Source: an uncultured virus (IMG/VR IMGVR_UViG_3300042515_002586) | Lineage: Duplodnaviria; Heunggongvirae; Uroviricota; Caudoviricetes | IMG/VR virus record: IMGVR_UViG_3300042515_002586 | Strand: one strand, 5' to 3' | DNA length: 64,000 bases | Shown: piece after piece, positions 1-10,357 of the stretch | Layout: each line of letters opens with the position of its first letter | Position numbering within the stretch: position 1 is the stretch's first letter | Program-made: the position numbers and the translations under genes | The notes under the pieces: generated by a model | What the model was told of the DNA's origin: nothing | The model's input: the letters and a program-made list of their open reading frames with translations, nothing else | The model's database searches: none

Positions 1-3000
1 GCCTCAAGAGACACGACTACCTTTGCAAAAACACACGCTGCTTTATACGCAAAAAGGATTTTACCTGTTATAGTTGCAGGTGAGCTTTATAGAAACTTTA
101 ATGCAGATATGCACGAAAAAGATCTTGAAGGTATTGATGATTACAGTGCAAACATATATGCGAATACAAGAATAAATAGTGCAAGACTTAGAGATAATTT
201 TGGTCTAACAGATCCACTTAAAAATTTAGTATATGGTGTTCCTGGATTAGATAATTATCTAAATCCATTATCTGAAGAAGAGACAAGAGAAGATATTCTT
301 TATGGTAACGAGTTTGTAAGAACAGGTAGGTTATTTAGTGTTGGTAACAGAAACCCATTATACGGTGGTGCTGTTGAATCTGCAAGACCAAATGCTTATC
401 GAAGATGGAAATCTCACTGGACTGAAGCAGATAACGTTCAACTATCAAATCCGAACTATAGTTACCTACCAACTCTTACTAATCCTTTTGCACCTCTTTT
501 CAGGTTGTTTAACAGAGACTGGCAACAAGACTTAACAGCTAAAGACAGACCATACGCTTCCAAAGAAGAAATGTTTGACTACTTAGAAAAGAGTCAAGAA
601 GGTTACGCATCAAAAAATTCGGGTAACTATCTACAAGCAGTTTTATCTAGTTATAAAGGTCAGGAACCTGTGGAAGACTTTTTAGATAATGCAGGAGTGG
701 GTGGTTCTACTGATGAAGGTGGAATTTTTAGAGGTTTCGGAATAGGTAAAGGCTCTGGCGGAGGTGGTTCAGGTGGTGGACACGGTTCAGGCGGGGGCGG
801 CGGTGGAGAAGGTGGGTCTTATGGTGATAATAGGGTCTACAAGTATGGTTACAATAAACACTATGAAGAGGAAAATTACCACCACAATGCTTTAAGTGAA
901 GTGTATGAAAAGATGGTTCACCACACTATTACACCTATGGGTATTTATAGTGGGGTGGCAAGACAACTTCCTTTCTATCCAGAAGAGCATGCCTTCCAGA
1001 TTCAAGACCCTGATAAAGCTTTTTCTACTAATAGACTTCTTTACTCAGCTAAGTTTGGTGAAAAAGGGACTGGGATGTTTGGTGAATTCTTTAGACGATT
1101 TATTGACGAGCCAAGACAAGACCCAGACGCATTTAACCCCTTACCTAACTCAATGCCAGGATGGATGCCTTCCAAGTTCCGGACTGGGGACCCATATGCC
1201 AGAGTCTCAGACGGAGAACTTGTAATGCCTGGTGATGCTTATGAAAGAGCAAACCCATTTGTACGACCATTAAAAATAAGAGGTTCTTCTATTGGTTTGT
1301 CTGAGGATGAGATGGTTAAGTCTTTCCTTGACCCTGTTGGTGTAGAACAAGCAGAACAACTCCAGAATATTATGGAGTTCGGAAGTGCCGCCCATAAAAT
1401 TATCATGCAACAAATGAATCAACAAGGTATTCTTGTTGGTGCAGAAATTGCCGCATATGATGAGTCTGTGAATGGTAGTGCAACAATTGAAACATTGGTT
1501 AGAGGTAAAAGTGGGTTAGAAGTAGTTGAAATTAAGACTAGGGGTACTGAAAATATTAATGAGGATGTCTCAAAATATGAAGACCAACTTATGTACTACA
1601 TGTACCTTACAAAAACAAAGGTAGGACATATTGCTCACGTTAATAGGGATAACCCATCTGAAGTCAGAATTAAAAGCTATGAATACGACCCACATCGTAT
1701 GCAAGAGATTTTTGAGAAGGTTGAAAGAGCAAGAAACAGAGTTAAAAATCTTATTGAAGAGGGTGTTGTAAGTCCCTATGAAACTTATGGGTTGCTTGAA
1801 AGAATTGAAGTCTTAGCAAAAGTGGCTCCAGAATCAAGTGAGTATCGAAGATATTTACAAAGAGCAGAAGATTCTGGTGCGTTTGGTGGTATGGAAGCAA
1901 GAAGATTTGAAATTGCAAAAGAAATTGCAAGAAGAAAATCAGAAATGTATAACTTGTACCCTAAGAGAAATGTTAGATTAGAGACTCAAGCAGTAACTAT
2001 TGAAGGGTTTACAGATACTGGTAATATTATTACAGACCGAGGTATTGTCAAACTGGCTGGAGTTGATTTTGACCCTCAAGCGTTTACTTACCAAAATCCT
2101 GAAGATGTTTATAAGAAGTATGGTCTGAGTGTTGGTAAAAAGGCAAACCTCACATTAATTCAAGGTCAATTCAATCCTGAATTAATGAAGCATACTGTAT
2201 TAGACGCAATCATTGAGGATGTTAATAGAGAATTAATTAAGTCCGATTATGCTGATAGTGATTACAAATCTAGAAACCCACTAGCAAATCGGGTCATAGG
2301 TAGAACTGGTTTTATGTCATCCATTACAGAATACATAACACACAGCGATAATATGGTGTCAAATAAATATCTGCGCGTGAGGACAGGACTTGAACAGTTT
2401 AAGAGAGGAGAAGTTTATGGTACTGATGACTACTCTTTGAGAGACATTAAAGATAACTATGTCACACCAACAATTAACTCAATCATAAGTAAAGACCCTA
2501 TTACAGCAGGTATTCAGTCAGCACTTGCTGCGTCTATTTTTGCACGAACAAGACAATCTAGGTTGAAAGTAGCAAAGGTTGCTGCTGTTGTTGGGGCTAG
2601 TCTTTCCATTATTAGGAACATAGGTGAGGCTGTAAGTGGAGATACTTGGACACCTAAACGATATAAAGATCGTGCTGAGTTTGATGAGTATTATGATACT
2701 CTGACCTTTATAAAAGAAGCATCCATATCTAATGCGGCAAGGAAGAAAGAGGGTGTAGACGAACTATCTGCTACCATGCAAGAGTCTCAGTTTAATTCTT
2801 TGGCTACTGATGCTGAGTTTAAAGCTCGGAGAACTATGTATGGGTTTGATGTTGTGTCAGGTACCTTACAAGAAGCTTTAGATGCCATTCCTAAAAGACA
2901 GAGACAGATAGCTGAATCAATTGTCACTACTGGAACTGATAGGGAGAAAGAAGAATTTTATAGGTTGCTTCCAAGAGCGCAAAAAAGGGTTCTAGGTAAG

Positions 3001-3426
3001 TTCTTAGGTAAAGATGTTGATGATGTTCCTGATAAGCCAACACTAAAAGAATACTTTAGAGACCATGCTTTGCCTGGGGCAGATTGGCAAGGCTGGAAGA
3101 GAGACGTTGACCTTGAGGATATTAAGACAAGGGCAAGCGAATTGGAAGGAATTAAGATTGCAAGGCCGAGCAGAAAGAAGCTTGAAAAGGCAAAGGCGTA
3201 CACTAGAGATATAGAAGTACCAAGAATGAACCGAAGATCAAGGAATAATATAGAGAGAGAAATCGGAAAATTAGCCTCATCTGGCGAATTTGGTAAAATA
3301 ATTGTAAATTATAGTCAATTTCCCACCGAAAAAAACGTAATAAATATTAACCTAAACGTTTTTTCTGATATATCTTCAGAGATAGAAGCAGAAAAAGAGC
3401 GTACTAGGTCTCGACTACAACAATAA
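1..3426 (+). CDS. Giant virion-associated protein, 5'-truncated, with a Gly-rich linker, a PD-(D/E)xK nuclease-like domain and an SNase-like domain
   Basis: Frame is open from base 1 (no stop before the ATG at 109). Motifs GSAAH...ATIE...VVEIKT...QLMYY (1372-1740) and VKLAGVD...VNRELIKSDYA (about 1990-2255). Hydrophobic Ala/Val segment near 2500-2620. Lies upstream of tail genes. Confidence 0.6.
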   Translation, partial: ASRDTTTFAKTHAALYAKRILPVIVAGELYRNFNADMHEKDLEGIDDYSANIYANTRINSARLRDNFGLTDPLKNLVYGVPGLDNYLNPLSEEETREDILYGNEFVRTGRLFSVGNRNPLYGGAVESARPNAYRRWKSHWTEADNVQLSNPNYSYLPTLTNPFAPLFRLFNRDWQQDLTAKDRPYASKEEMFDYLEKSQEGYASKNSGNYLQAVLSSYKGQEPVEDFLDNAGVGGSTDEGGIFRGFGIGKGSGGGGSGGGHGSGGGGGGEGGSYGDNRVYKYGYNKHYEEENYHHNALSEVYEKMVHHTITPMGIYSGVARQLPFYPEEHAFQIQDPDKAFSTNRLLYSAKFGEKGTGMFGEFFRRFIDEPRQDPDAFNPLPNSMPGWMPSKFRTGDPYARVSDGELVMPGDAYERANPFVRPLKIRGSSIGLSEDEMVKSFLDPVGVEQAEQLQNIMEFGSAAHKIIMQQMNQQGILVGAEIAAYDESVNGSATIETLVRGKSGLEVVEIKTRGTENINEDVSKYEDQLMYYMYLTKTKVGHIAHVNRDNPSEVRIKSYEYDPHRMQEIFEKVERARNRVKNLIEEGVVSPYETYGLLERIEVLAKVAPESSEYRRYLQRAEDSGAFGGMEARRFEIAKEIARRKSEMYNLYPKRNVRLETQAVTIEGFTDTGNIITDRGIVKLAGVDFDPQAFTYQNPEDVYKKYGLSVGKKANLTLIQGQFNPELMKHTVLDAIIEDVNRELIKSDYADSDYKSRNPLANRVIGRTGFMSSITEYITHSDNMVSNKYLRVRTGLEQFKRGEVYGTDDYSLRDIKDNYVTPTINSIISKDPITAGIQSALAASIFARTRQSRLKVAKVAAVVGASLSIIRNIGEAVSGDTWTPKRYKDRAEFDEYYDTLTFIKEASISNAARKKEGVDELSATMQESQFNSLATDAEFKARRTMYGFDVVSGTLQEALDAIPKRQRQIAESIVTTGTDREKEEFYRLLPRAQKRVLGKFLGKDVDDVPDKPTLKEYFRDHALPGADWQGWKRDVDLEDIKTRASELEGIKIARPSRKKLEKAKAYTRDIEVPRMNRRSRNNIEREIGKLASSGEFGKIIVNYSQFPTEKNVININLNVFSDISSEIEAEKERTRSRLQQ

Positions 3427-3435
3427 AGGTTAAAC

Positions 3436-4590
3436 ATGCAGAATAGAAATAACATCCCAACCAAGTTCTTAGAGTTGGCACAATTAGAAGGCATCCGAGC
3501 TGAGATAGCTACTGACTATTATTTTAGAAGAATTGAGGGTCAATCTTTTTATGACTTGTCGTTAATTCTTCAAGCTGATTTTGATAATAACAAGCTCACC
3601 GCTTCTAGGGCGTTGATGCGATTGTGGAATAATTGGAAGAGCTTTACTTATAACAACACAACATTACAAAATAAGAAAGCTGTTGTTGCAACTGAACCAG
3701 CACACATTACTAACACAAGAAGACAGTTTGTTAAAACAAGTTCATTCCTAGACGATGCTAGGGAAGGATTAGAGAAGCTTATTGGGCCTGTGAAGGACAT
3801 AGAGGCTCCTCTAAGTAGAACAGGGTTGGAAGACACGGTAGATGTTGTTAGTGACCTACACATCCCTTTCCACGATGAAAACAGTCTTAAGAAGTTGATG
3901 ACTTCAAAATCTAAGAAGCTTATTATTGTAGGTGACTTGATGGATTGTCTCTCAGCAACTTCTCACAGAAAGAGAGGTGACGCTGTAACTCTTCAAGAAG
4001 AGCTTGCCATTACTAGGTCAATCTTAGAAAAGCTTGCATCTAAGTATGAAGAAGTTCAAATCTTGGCTGGTAACCATGATAATCGTCCAACTAAGAGATT
4101 CCAAGAACAGGTATCAGGTCTTATGCCTTTAGTTATTCACCCTCTCGTGTGGTTGTCTGTAGGTTTGAATAATGTTAAGTTAATGAACTTTAAGGTTCCA
4201 AATACAAAGTCTACTCTTAACTTCTCTGAGGATGTTGATATTAACTATATGGGTCTTGATGCAGATTGTCTTTATGGACACTTTGAAGGTTTCTGTGGTA
4301 GTGAAGCTGTTAAGAGATTAGATGTCTGGATTAGCCAATGGATACACGTTTTAAAAATCAAACAACCAAAAGCAGTTTTCCAAGCACACACTCACAGATT
4401 AAATATGGAAATTCTCCCTACAGGAAGATATTTGTTTACTACTGGTTGTATGTGTATGCCTCAAGCTTATCAAATTGATGGTCACGGAAAATATTCGCCT
4501 CCAGTTCTAGGTTATGTTAAGCTATTTCTTAATAAAGAAAAGACAGGATATGACTTTGAAAAGACACAATTGATTTACACTGGTAATTGA
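3436..4590 (+). CDS. Calcineurin-like metallophosphoesterase with an N-terminal extension
   Basis: SDLH, GDLMD, GNHD, GH and AHTH metal-binding motifs in canonical order. Confidence 0.9.
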   Translation: MQNRNNIPTKFLELAQLEGIRAEIATDYYFRRIEGQSFYDLSLILQADFDNNKLTASRALMRLWNNWKSFTYNNTTLQNKKAVVATEPAHITNTRRQFVKTSSFLDDAREGLEKLIGPVKDIEAPLSRTGLEDTVDVVSDLHIPFHDENSLKKLMTSKSKKLIIVGDLMDCLSATSHRKRGDAVTLQEELAITRSILEKLASKYEEVQILAGNHDNRPTKRFQEQVSGLMPLVIHPLVWLSVGLNNVKLMNFKVPNTKSTLNFSEDVDINYMGLDADCLYGHFEGFCGSEAVKRLDVWISQWIHVLKIKQPKAVFQAHTHRLNMEILPTGRYLFTTGCMCMPQAYQIDGHGKYSPPVLGYVKLFLNKEKTGYDFEKTQLIYTGN

Positions 4591-4596
4591 TAGGAT

Positions 4597-4842
4597 ATGA
4601 AATACGGAAAAGCTTATTACAAGATGCCTAAGTTTGATACTGAGTATGAAGCATTGCTTCAAAACAAAGAAAAAGGAAACTTAGATGACAAACAATTTAA
4701 AGCACAATTAGATGAACTTAAGTTCTCTAAGATGATGTACATTATTTACACAAACAAGATGGTAGAGTCAACAGCGAAAAAGATCAAGAGCTATGCAAGA
4801 AATAGCGATGCAATTCTAAAATCATTCAAAATACTTAACTAA
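4597..4842 (+). CDS. Hypothetical protein (81 aa)
   Basis: Fills the gap between the phosphoesterase and the terminator; AGGA just upstream. Confidence 0.7.
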   Translation: MKYGKAYYKMPKFDTEYEALLQNKEKGNLDDKQFKAQLDELKFSKMMYIIYTNKMVESTAKKIKSYARNSDAILKSFKILN

Positions 4843-4862
4843 AATTATTGTAGTCAAATCTA

Positions 4863-4898
4863 AAAATAGAGTGCCAGCAATGGTGCTCTATTTTGTTT
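4863..4898 (+). terminator. Rho-independent terminator
   Basis: AAAATAGAGTGCCA-GCAA-TGGTGCTCTATTTT: 14-bp stem with two G:U pairs, GNRA tetraloop, ending in TTTTGTTT. Confidence 0.8.
4886..4894 (+). promoter_or_regulatory. CTCTATTT motif (candidate phage late promoter element)
   Basis: 8 nt upstream of the GTG at 4903; same motif recurs at 22895, 27700 and 61835. This copy is also the 3' arm of the terminator. Confidence 0.4.
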
Positions 4899-4902
4899 AC
4901 TA

Positions 4903-7900
4903 GTGAGTAGAACAGACAAACTCCAGAATTCCCCAACTAGTCCAGGTGATACGGTTAGGGATAAAAAGACAAAAACTGATTATGTGGTACAAAATATTGT
5001 TACCTTATCAGCTGGTGGAGGATTGTTATATTACCTTTTAAGAGCTAGTGATGGTTACCTAGACCAATACAAAGGCAAAGACCTTGAAGATATTGGTATG
5101 CAAGCCGTTAGAAAGAACATAGAGGAGCTTACACCAGAGGAGGTGTTAAAAGATAGGGCTGATCTACATTCAAGAGTCTTAAAAGGCAACCAAGAGATTT
5201 TATCTAAAATTGAAACAGAAGAAGGAGCAGTCTTTCGGGCTATGCTTTCTATCATCAACGATACTGATGATAAGACCCTACAAGAAAAGCTCTTAGGCAT
5301 AGCTACTAATCTTGTAGAGAGTTCTAAGCACAATATGTCAGAACAAGAAGTTCTTGAAATTATTCGCAGTTCTTTAGGCGAAAATCAAGAATTTTATTCT
5401 GAGGAGTACTTGGAAGATGTTGCAAGAGATTTAACTGAGAAGATGAAATCATCTTCTAAAATGAATTATCTTAGGCCAAAGAAGTTTATTCCTCCAAAAT
5501 TTGAAGGTATACTTAGTCAAGATGAATTTAAAAGCAGGGTAAAAAATAGGGGTCCATCCTCTTTTGGTAGAAAGAAGGGACTAGAAACACCTAAATTTGC
5601 AATGTCAAGAGATAATGATTTTCTAAATGAAATAAGGTTCAAATGGTTAGGTGATAACGACAAATATATTCCAGAATTTTTAAAAAAGATTGGACAGGAA
5701 CCTGGCAAGGGTACTGCTATATCAAAAAGGGCTCAATATTTAGCTACAATAGCGTGGGGTGGGATTCCTGGTCAAAAAGTAACAGCTGGGTTATTTAATA
5801 ATTCTAAGAATGGGTACAAACCATTATTAGGTTCAATGTTAGACAGAGCAAGCTCAACAGGTAAATATAATTTTGATGATGCACTTAAAGATGCAGAAAA
5901 GGGTAGAATGACATCATCAGGCGCAAATGAGTTGTTTGAAAGTGCTTATTTAGATTACAGAGCTAAGAACGTTGATAAACTAAGATTTAAAAAACTTCGT
6001 AACAGAAGAACTGCGGCACAAGCAAGACACAGAAATAAGAGCACTAAAAGATATTCCTTAGATCAACTTAAAGCAAACTATGTACTTGCAAACCCAGCTG
6101 AAGTGTTTCCTAATGGAGAGCAAAGAATGTTCTCCATTGATAAGAAGACATTGTTTACAGATATCTTAGAAGGCAAGACTTTAAAATATAACAAAAGTAC
6201 AATAACTTTACAAGACAAGGCTTTAGGAAAAATTTTAAATTCTCAACTACCTAATAGTAGTTCTATAAACATATCAGCATTAACACTAAGAAAACTATCT
6301 GATTCAACTGAAGTTGAGTTAGAGGATTTACTTAAAGAACACAAAGAAATTGAAGCTAAATTAACTTTAGATGAGGTATCAACTTTAAAACTTAAACACA
6401 ACATACTAAGAAAAAACAACAAAGAAACTCTTACTCAAGCTGGACAATATGTTGATAATCCAGTAGTAGAATTCTCTTTAAATATGCACCCAGAAATGAG
6501 CCCCGAATCATATCTTACAGAAAAAAGCGTTATTATGGGATATGACGAAGAAAATAGAACTAGAAAGTTTTATGATTATACACAATTAGATGAGGTAAAA
6601 GAACTTCAAAAAAGAGGAAAGCTAAATAAGCTTACTTTTGGTGAATTACCAGAAGGAGCATCTATTAGTGACTTTGACATTGAAACCATAAAGTTTAAAC
6701 CTTTACAACTACAAGCAAAGCAAGCAACACCTCAATATATTGATGCTAAACCAGTAGAAACAAATGCTGACTACATGAGAGTTAGAAATCAGAGTAGGCT
6801 TGGTTTTGCTATGTTAGAAGAATCAACTGGTAATAAACCAATTAGGTTACTTGGTACAGACTCTTTGGGACCTGTGCAAGAGCACCTACGAAGAGGATTA
6901 GAAGCTAGTCAGATGCTTGGAGAAGGTAGTCTTATATTTGATGTATCTATGAAACAAGTTGCTCATGATCCAAAAAATGGGAAAGCTGGTACTAGAACAG
7001 TTATTGAAAGAATGGGGCTTGGTTATAAAGATATTGATGGAGTAAAGAGCATAGTTGATTTTAATGGTGGCGATGAGCTTAATGCACTTCTTAGAGTTGC
7101 TGAAAGTTTTGAAAAAGCTCAATTTGTGGGTACGCAATGGAGTTACCACTTTGAAGAGATTTTAGACAGAATTAGAGTTATAGCTAAAAGACCTAACCTA
7201 GCAAAAGAAATTGTGGAGTTTCAAGGCGAAAGTATAAGTGGTGATCTGGCAATACAAAAAATTGAGAGAATTTTTGAAGCAACCAGGGCAAAGAAGAACT
7301 ATGATCTACTTGTATTAACTCAAGCAAGTGGAAAATTTGATATAGGTAATGCAAGCGTTAGGGAAGCATCCAGAAGACTTTTAAATGAAAAAGAAATAAG
7401 AGGTGGCATGGATGCAGTTGACCAGAAGTTTAGAATTAGAGATGAATTAGGGTTAGAAAATATTAGCTTTAAAGGTATGGCTGATACAAATAATTCTACC
7501 ATTTATTATAACCCTAGTGATGGTGGGACATCATTAAGAGGAGCCTATAAACTAAAAGCATTTGAAACTGATGAAGTTGGTGGTAAAGGTATGGTGGCTG
7601 TTATGGAAAACCTTATCATCCAACCTGATGGTACATTTGTTGAAACAGGAGAGTATTCAAATCTAACTGGTACTGGTGCAAACTCTTTAGGGTTGAGGTT
7701 TAGGAAGTTTAAATCTTACACCGTAGAAGATGATAGATTATCTGCTGAGGCTGTTAAGGATATCAATGTGTCCACAAAGACTGTAGCACATAGTGATGCA
7801 CATAGAATTATAAATGATTTAAACTTCTTCAATAAAACAAAATACCAAAAAAGTAATGTAACATCCCAAATGACAGATCAGTTGTTTGGTTTCCATGAAT

Positions 7901-9621
7901 TTGTGGTCTCACAAGAAGTTAATAAACTGTTAACTCCTGAAGTTCTTGACGATTTTGATGCAAGAATTGGAAAAGGTTTAAGTTTAACAAAAGCTATTGA
8001 TACTCTTGTTGATAGGGCTTACATACCTGGAAACCCAGATAATGCTGCTTCATTTACAAGTTCTTTAAGATTACGATTACGTGAAGCACTCACAGACCAG
8101 TCCTACAGAGAAATGTACACACAAGAATTAACACCTGCTATGGAGTCAGACTTTGGACAAACAATAGGTAGGCTAATAAGGGATGGTATGGATGGGGATA
8201 CTGATAAGCTAAGACAAGCAATGCTAATGGTAAAGGATGTCATGTCTTTGGAAAGGCCAGGAGAAATTTTAAGTCAACCATATTTAAATATACATAGTCG
8301 TGACACTAGTGGAGGTTTTAGTGGACCTAAACTATCAATTACTGATAACACAACTCCAGAAGATTTTGAAGCATATGTAAGAAGATCAGCAGTACATGAT
8401 ACTTTTATGGATTCAGGAAGAACTGGAAATAAAAATGAAATCACTAAATTATTTAACGACGTAGGTGCAAGAAATAATCTACAAGCTCGTGACATGGCTC
8501 TTGATACTCCTATAGATGAAATTACCACCCCATCAGTAGTTAATAAACTAAAAAGCTCATCTTACAAAAAACGTGTACAAGGGGTTATTGCAACGAGAAT
8601 AAATGAACTACATACGTTAGCTGATGAGCATGAATTAGATACAGTTAAACAAATTCAAAAAAATCTTACTGAAGCACTAGAAAAATCTTTTATGGGGGCG
8701 GAGAGGGCTGACCTAGCATTAAAAGATTTTATAACAGGAGCTTATGCTGTAGATAAGAACATGACTGTAAGGATGTTCCAAAGGAAGTACAACGAAGGTC
8801 TTGGAGATCTTATACCTAAAATAAGTCAACAAGCTGTTGCTGATATGGAAAGGGAAGCTGGTGAAACTATTTCTGGATTAGGCGAAAGAACCCCTTTATT
8901 AGATAATGTATTTTCTGAAGCAGAGCAACTAATGCATCAACTACATAAAGAGGGGGCTAACAAACATACCCAACAACGAATAGCTACTGAGTATATTAAG
9001 CAACAGGCAGAAACAATAAGAAGCTCCGAACCTGGTAATCTTATGCGAAACTTGAATGAAGTTGCTGCAAGGTTTACAGTTAGACAATCTGCCGCTGAAA
9101 AAACTACTGTAACCATGAATGAAGCCGCACAAAAAGTTGCAACAACAGCTGCAACTGCAAATGAACATTCAGATACTGTTTTTAGAGAGGCAATTAAGGC
9201 ACAACACGAAGGTATTCTTGGTACTGACATGTTTGATGTTGGTAAGAATAAAAAGATTGTAGGTGCGTTACTGTTAGTTGGTGGATTGACCACACTACTT
9301 ATGGCAAATAAGAATCCAGAAGAAAAGTATTCTGGTGGTAATGCGTCTAAAAATTCTCCTGGAGTTATTGGTGCTCAATCAGAAATTCCAGGTGACCCTA
9401 CACCAGCAAGAGTATTTACAGGTGGGACACAACCTTTCCAATTAAATCTTGATATGAAAACTTTTGTTAATAATAAATACCAACAAAGAGCATTAGAAGA
9501 AAAGGTTAGTCATATTGTTAATAAGTATTCTAATGGAAACATGACTAAAGATGAAAATACGACTCAAGGACTACCTGTACGTCTAGCTGCTTATGAGCAA
9601 ATGATGGCAGACATAAGATAA
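4903..9621 (+). CDS. Giant (1572 aa) helical virion/ejection-type protein with a C-terminal hydrophobic helix and a possible degenerate DnaQ/RNase H-like domain
   Basis: Long ORF with GTG start; charged helical composition; IVGALLLVGGLTTLLMA segment; context among structural genes. Confidence 0.55.
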   Translation: MSRTDKLQNSPTSPGDTVRDKKTKTDYVVQNIVTLSAGGGLLYYLLRASDGYLDQYKGKDLEDIGMQAVRKNIEELTPEEVLKDRADLHSRVLKGNQEILSKIETEEGAVFRAMLSIINDTDDKTLQEKLLGIATNLVESSKHNMSEQEVLEIIRSSLGENQEFYSEEYLEDVARDLTEKMKSSSKMNYLRPKKFIPPKFEGILSQDEFKSRVKNRGPSSFGRKKGLETPKFAMSRDNDFLNEIRFKWLGDNDKYIPEFLKKIGQEPGKGTAISKRAQYLATIAWGGIPGQKVTAGLFNNSKNGYKPLLGSMLDRASSTGKYNFDDALKDAEKGRMTSSGANELFESAYLDYRAKNVDKLRFKKLRNRRTAAQARHRNKSTKRYSLDQLKANYVLANPAEVFPNGEQRMFSIDKKTLFTDILEGKTLKYNKSTITLQDKALGKILNSQLPNSSSINISALTLRKLSDSTEVELEDLLKEHKEIEAKLTLDEVSTLKLKHNILRKNNKETLTQAGQYVDNPVVEFSLNMHPEMSPESYLTEKSVIMGYDEENRTRKFYDYTQLDEVKELQKRGKLNKLTFGELPEGASISDFDIETIKFKPLQLQAKQATPQYIDAKPVETNADYMRVRNQSRLGFAMLEESTGNKPIRLLGTDSLGPVQEHLRRGLEASQMLGEGSLIFDVSMKQVAHDPKNGKAGTRTVIERMGLGYKDIDGVKSIVDFNGGDELNALLRVAESFEKAQFVGTQWSYHFEEILDRIRVIAKRPNLAKEIVEFQGESISGDLAIQKIERIFEATRAKKNYDLLVLTQASGKFDIGNASVREASRRLLNEKEIRGGMDAVDQKFRIRDELGLENISFKGMADTNNSTIYYNPSDGGTSLRGAYKLKAFETDEVGGKGMVAVMENLIIQPDGTFVETGEYSNLTGTGANSLGLRFRKFKSYTVEDDRLSAEAVKDINVSTKTVAHSDAHRIINDLNFFNKTKYQKSNVTSQMTDQLFGFHEFVVSQEVNKLLTPEVLDDFDARIGKGLSLTKAIDTLVDRAYIPGNPDNAASFTSSLRLRLREALTDQSYREMYTQELTPAMESDFGQTIGRLIRDGMDGDTDKLRQAMLMVKDVMSLERPGEILSQPYLNIHSRDTSGGFSGPKLSITDNTTPEDFEAYVRRSAVHDTFMDSGRTGNKNEITKLFNDVGARNNLQARDMALDTPIDEITTPSVVNKLKSSSYKKRVQGVIATRINELHTLADEHELDTVKQIQKNLTEALEKSFMGAERADLALKDFITGAYAVDKNMTVRMFQRKYNEGLGDLIPKISQQAVADMEREAGETISGLGERTPLLDNVFSEAEQLMHQLHKEGANKHTQQRIATEYIKQQAETIRSSEPGNLMRNLNEVAARFTVRQSAAEKTTVTMNEAAQKVATTAATANEHSDTVFREAIKAQHEGILGTDMFDVGKNKKIVGALLLVGGLTTLLMANKNPEEKYSGGNASKNSPGVIGAQSEIPGDPTPARVFTGGTQPFQLNLDMKTFVNNKYQQRALEEKVSHIVNKYSNGNMTKDENTTQGLPVRLAAYEQMMADIR

Positions 9622-10355
9622 TGTCAATTAACAATAAAATATCTACAGCTACTGGTATTGTAGGTATGGCTTTGCTTTCAGCCGTATCGTTATCTAACGA
9701 TAAGTCTATAGCAAGAAGTTTTGGGTTGCCCGAGTCTGACCAAGAAGACGTAGATCGAACCAGGAAAATTGGAATATTCTCTGGTGTTGCGGCATATGCT
9801 TTTTCAGCTACTAACAGAAAAATAAACTCAGAAGGGTTTAGGTCCATGTTTTTTATGGGTGCCCAGATGAGTGCTGGTGTTGTTGCTGATAGGAAGAAAG
9901 GTTATGATCCAATCACAGCAGTTGGTATTCAAGGTTTAACTGTTTTAGCTGGATTTGCATCATATAAGTATGCTAAAAGCACTCAGAAAGATTTATTTAA
10001 CAAACTTCGTACTCTATTAGTTAGTAAGGGTAAAAGTGAATTTGTAAACTCAATTGACTCTACCTATGAAACCGTTCTCAAGAAAGCACCATACTTGAAA
10101 AACTTCCTTTCTGAAGAAACCATTCCTAGGTTGTTAGAAGTAGGTGTAGTCCCTTTTGCTCATAGTGCAACACTTAGAGCAACAGTTGGTTTAAGAAAAG
10201 CAGATGCTTCAACTAGGACACTCATACAAAATGTTGTTGATAACTCAGCTGGAGAGAAGACGGAAAGAAAAGATAGCCCAGGATCATATCCAGAAAACGA
10301 TCCAAGACAAGTACATACTGGTGTAAGACTTAGAACGCACACAATAGAAAGATAG
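9621..10355 (+). CDS. Hypothetical membrane-associated virion protein
   Basis: TAATG-coupled to the previous gene; several Gly/Ala-rich hydrophobic segments. Confidence 0.6.
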   Translation: MSINNKISTATGIVGMALLSAVSLSNDKSIARSFGLPESDQEDVDRTRKIGIFSGVAAYAFSATNRKINSEGFRSMFFMGAQMSAGVVADRKKGYDPITAVGIQGLTVLAGFASYKYAKSTQKDLFNKLRTLLVSKGKSEFVNSIDSTYETVLKKAPYLKNFLSEETIPRLLEVGVVPFAHSATLRATVGLRKADASTRTLIQNVVDNSAGEKTERKDSPGSYPENDPRQVHTGVRLRTHTIER

Positions 10356-10357
10356 CC

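Noticed and set aside
742..825. GC-rich stretch as a repeat or foreign insert
   Set aside because: Explained by an in-frame poly-Gly/Ser linker
1372..1740. CRISPR-Cas system suggested by the Cas4-like domain
   Set aside because: No repeat-spacer array, no other cas genes and no Fe-S cysteines
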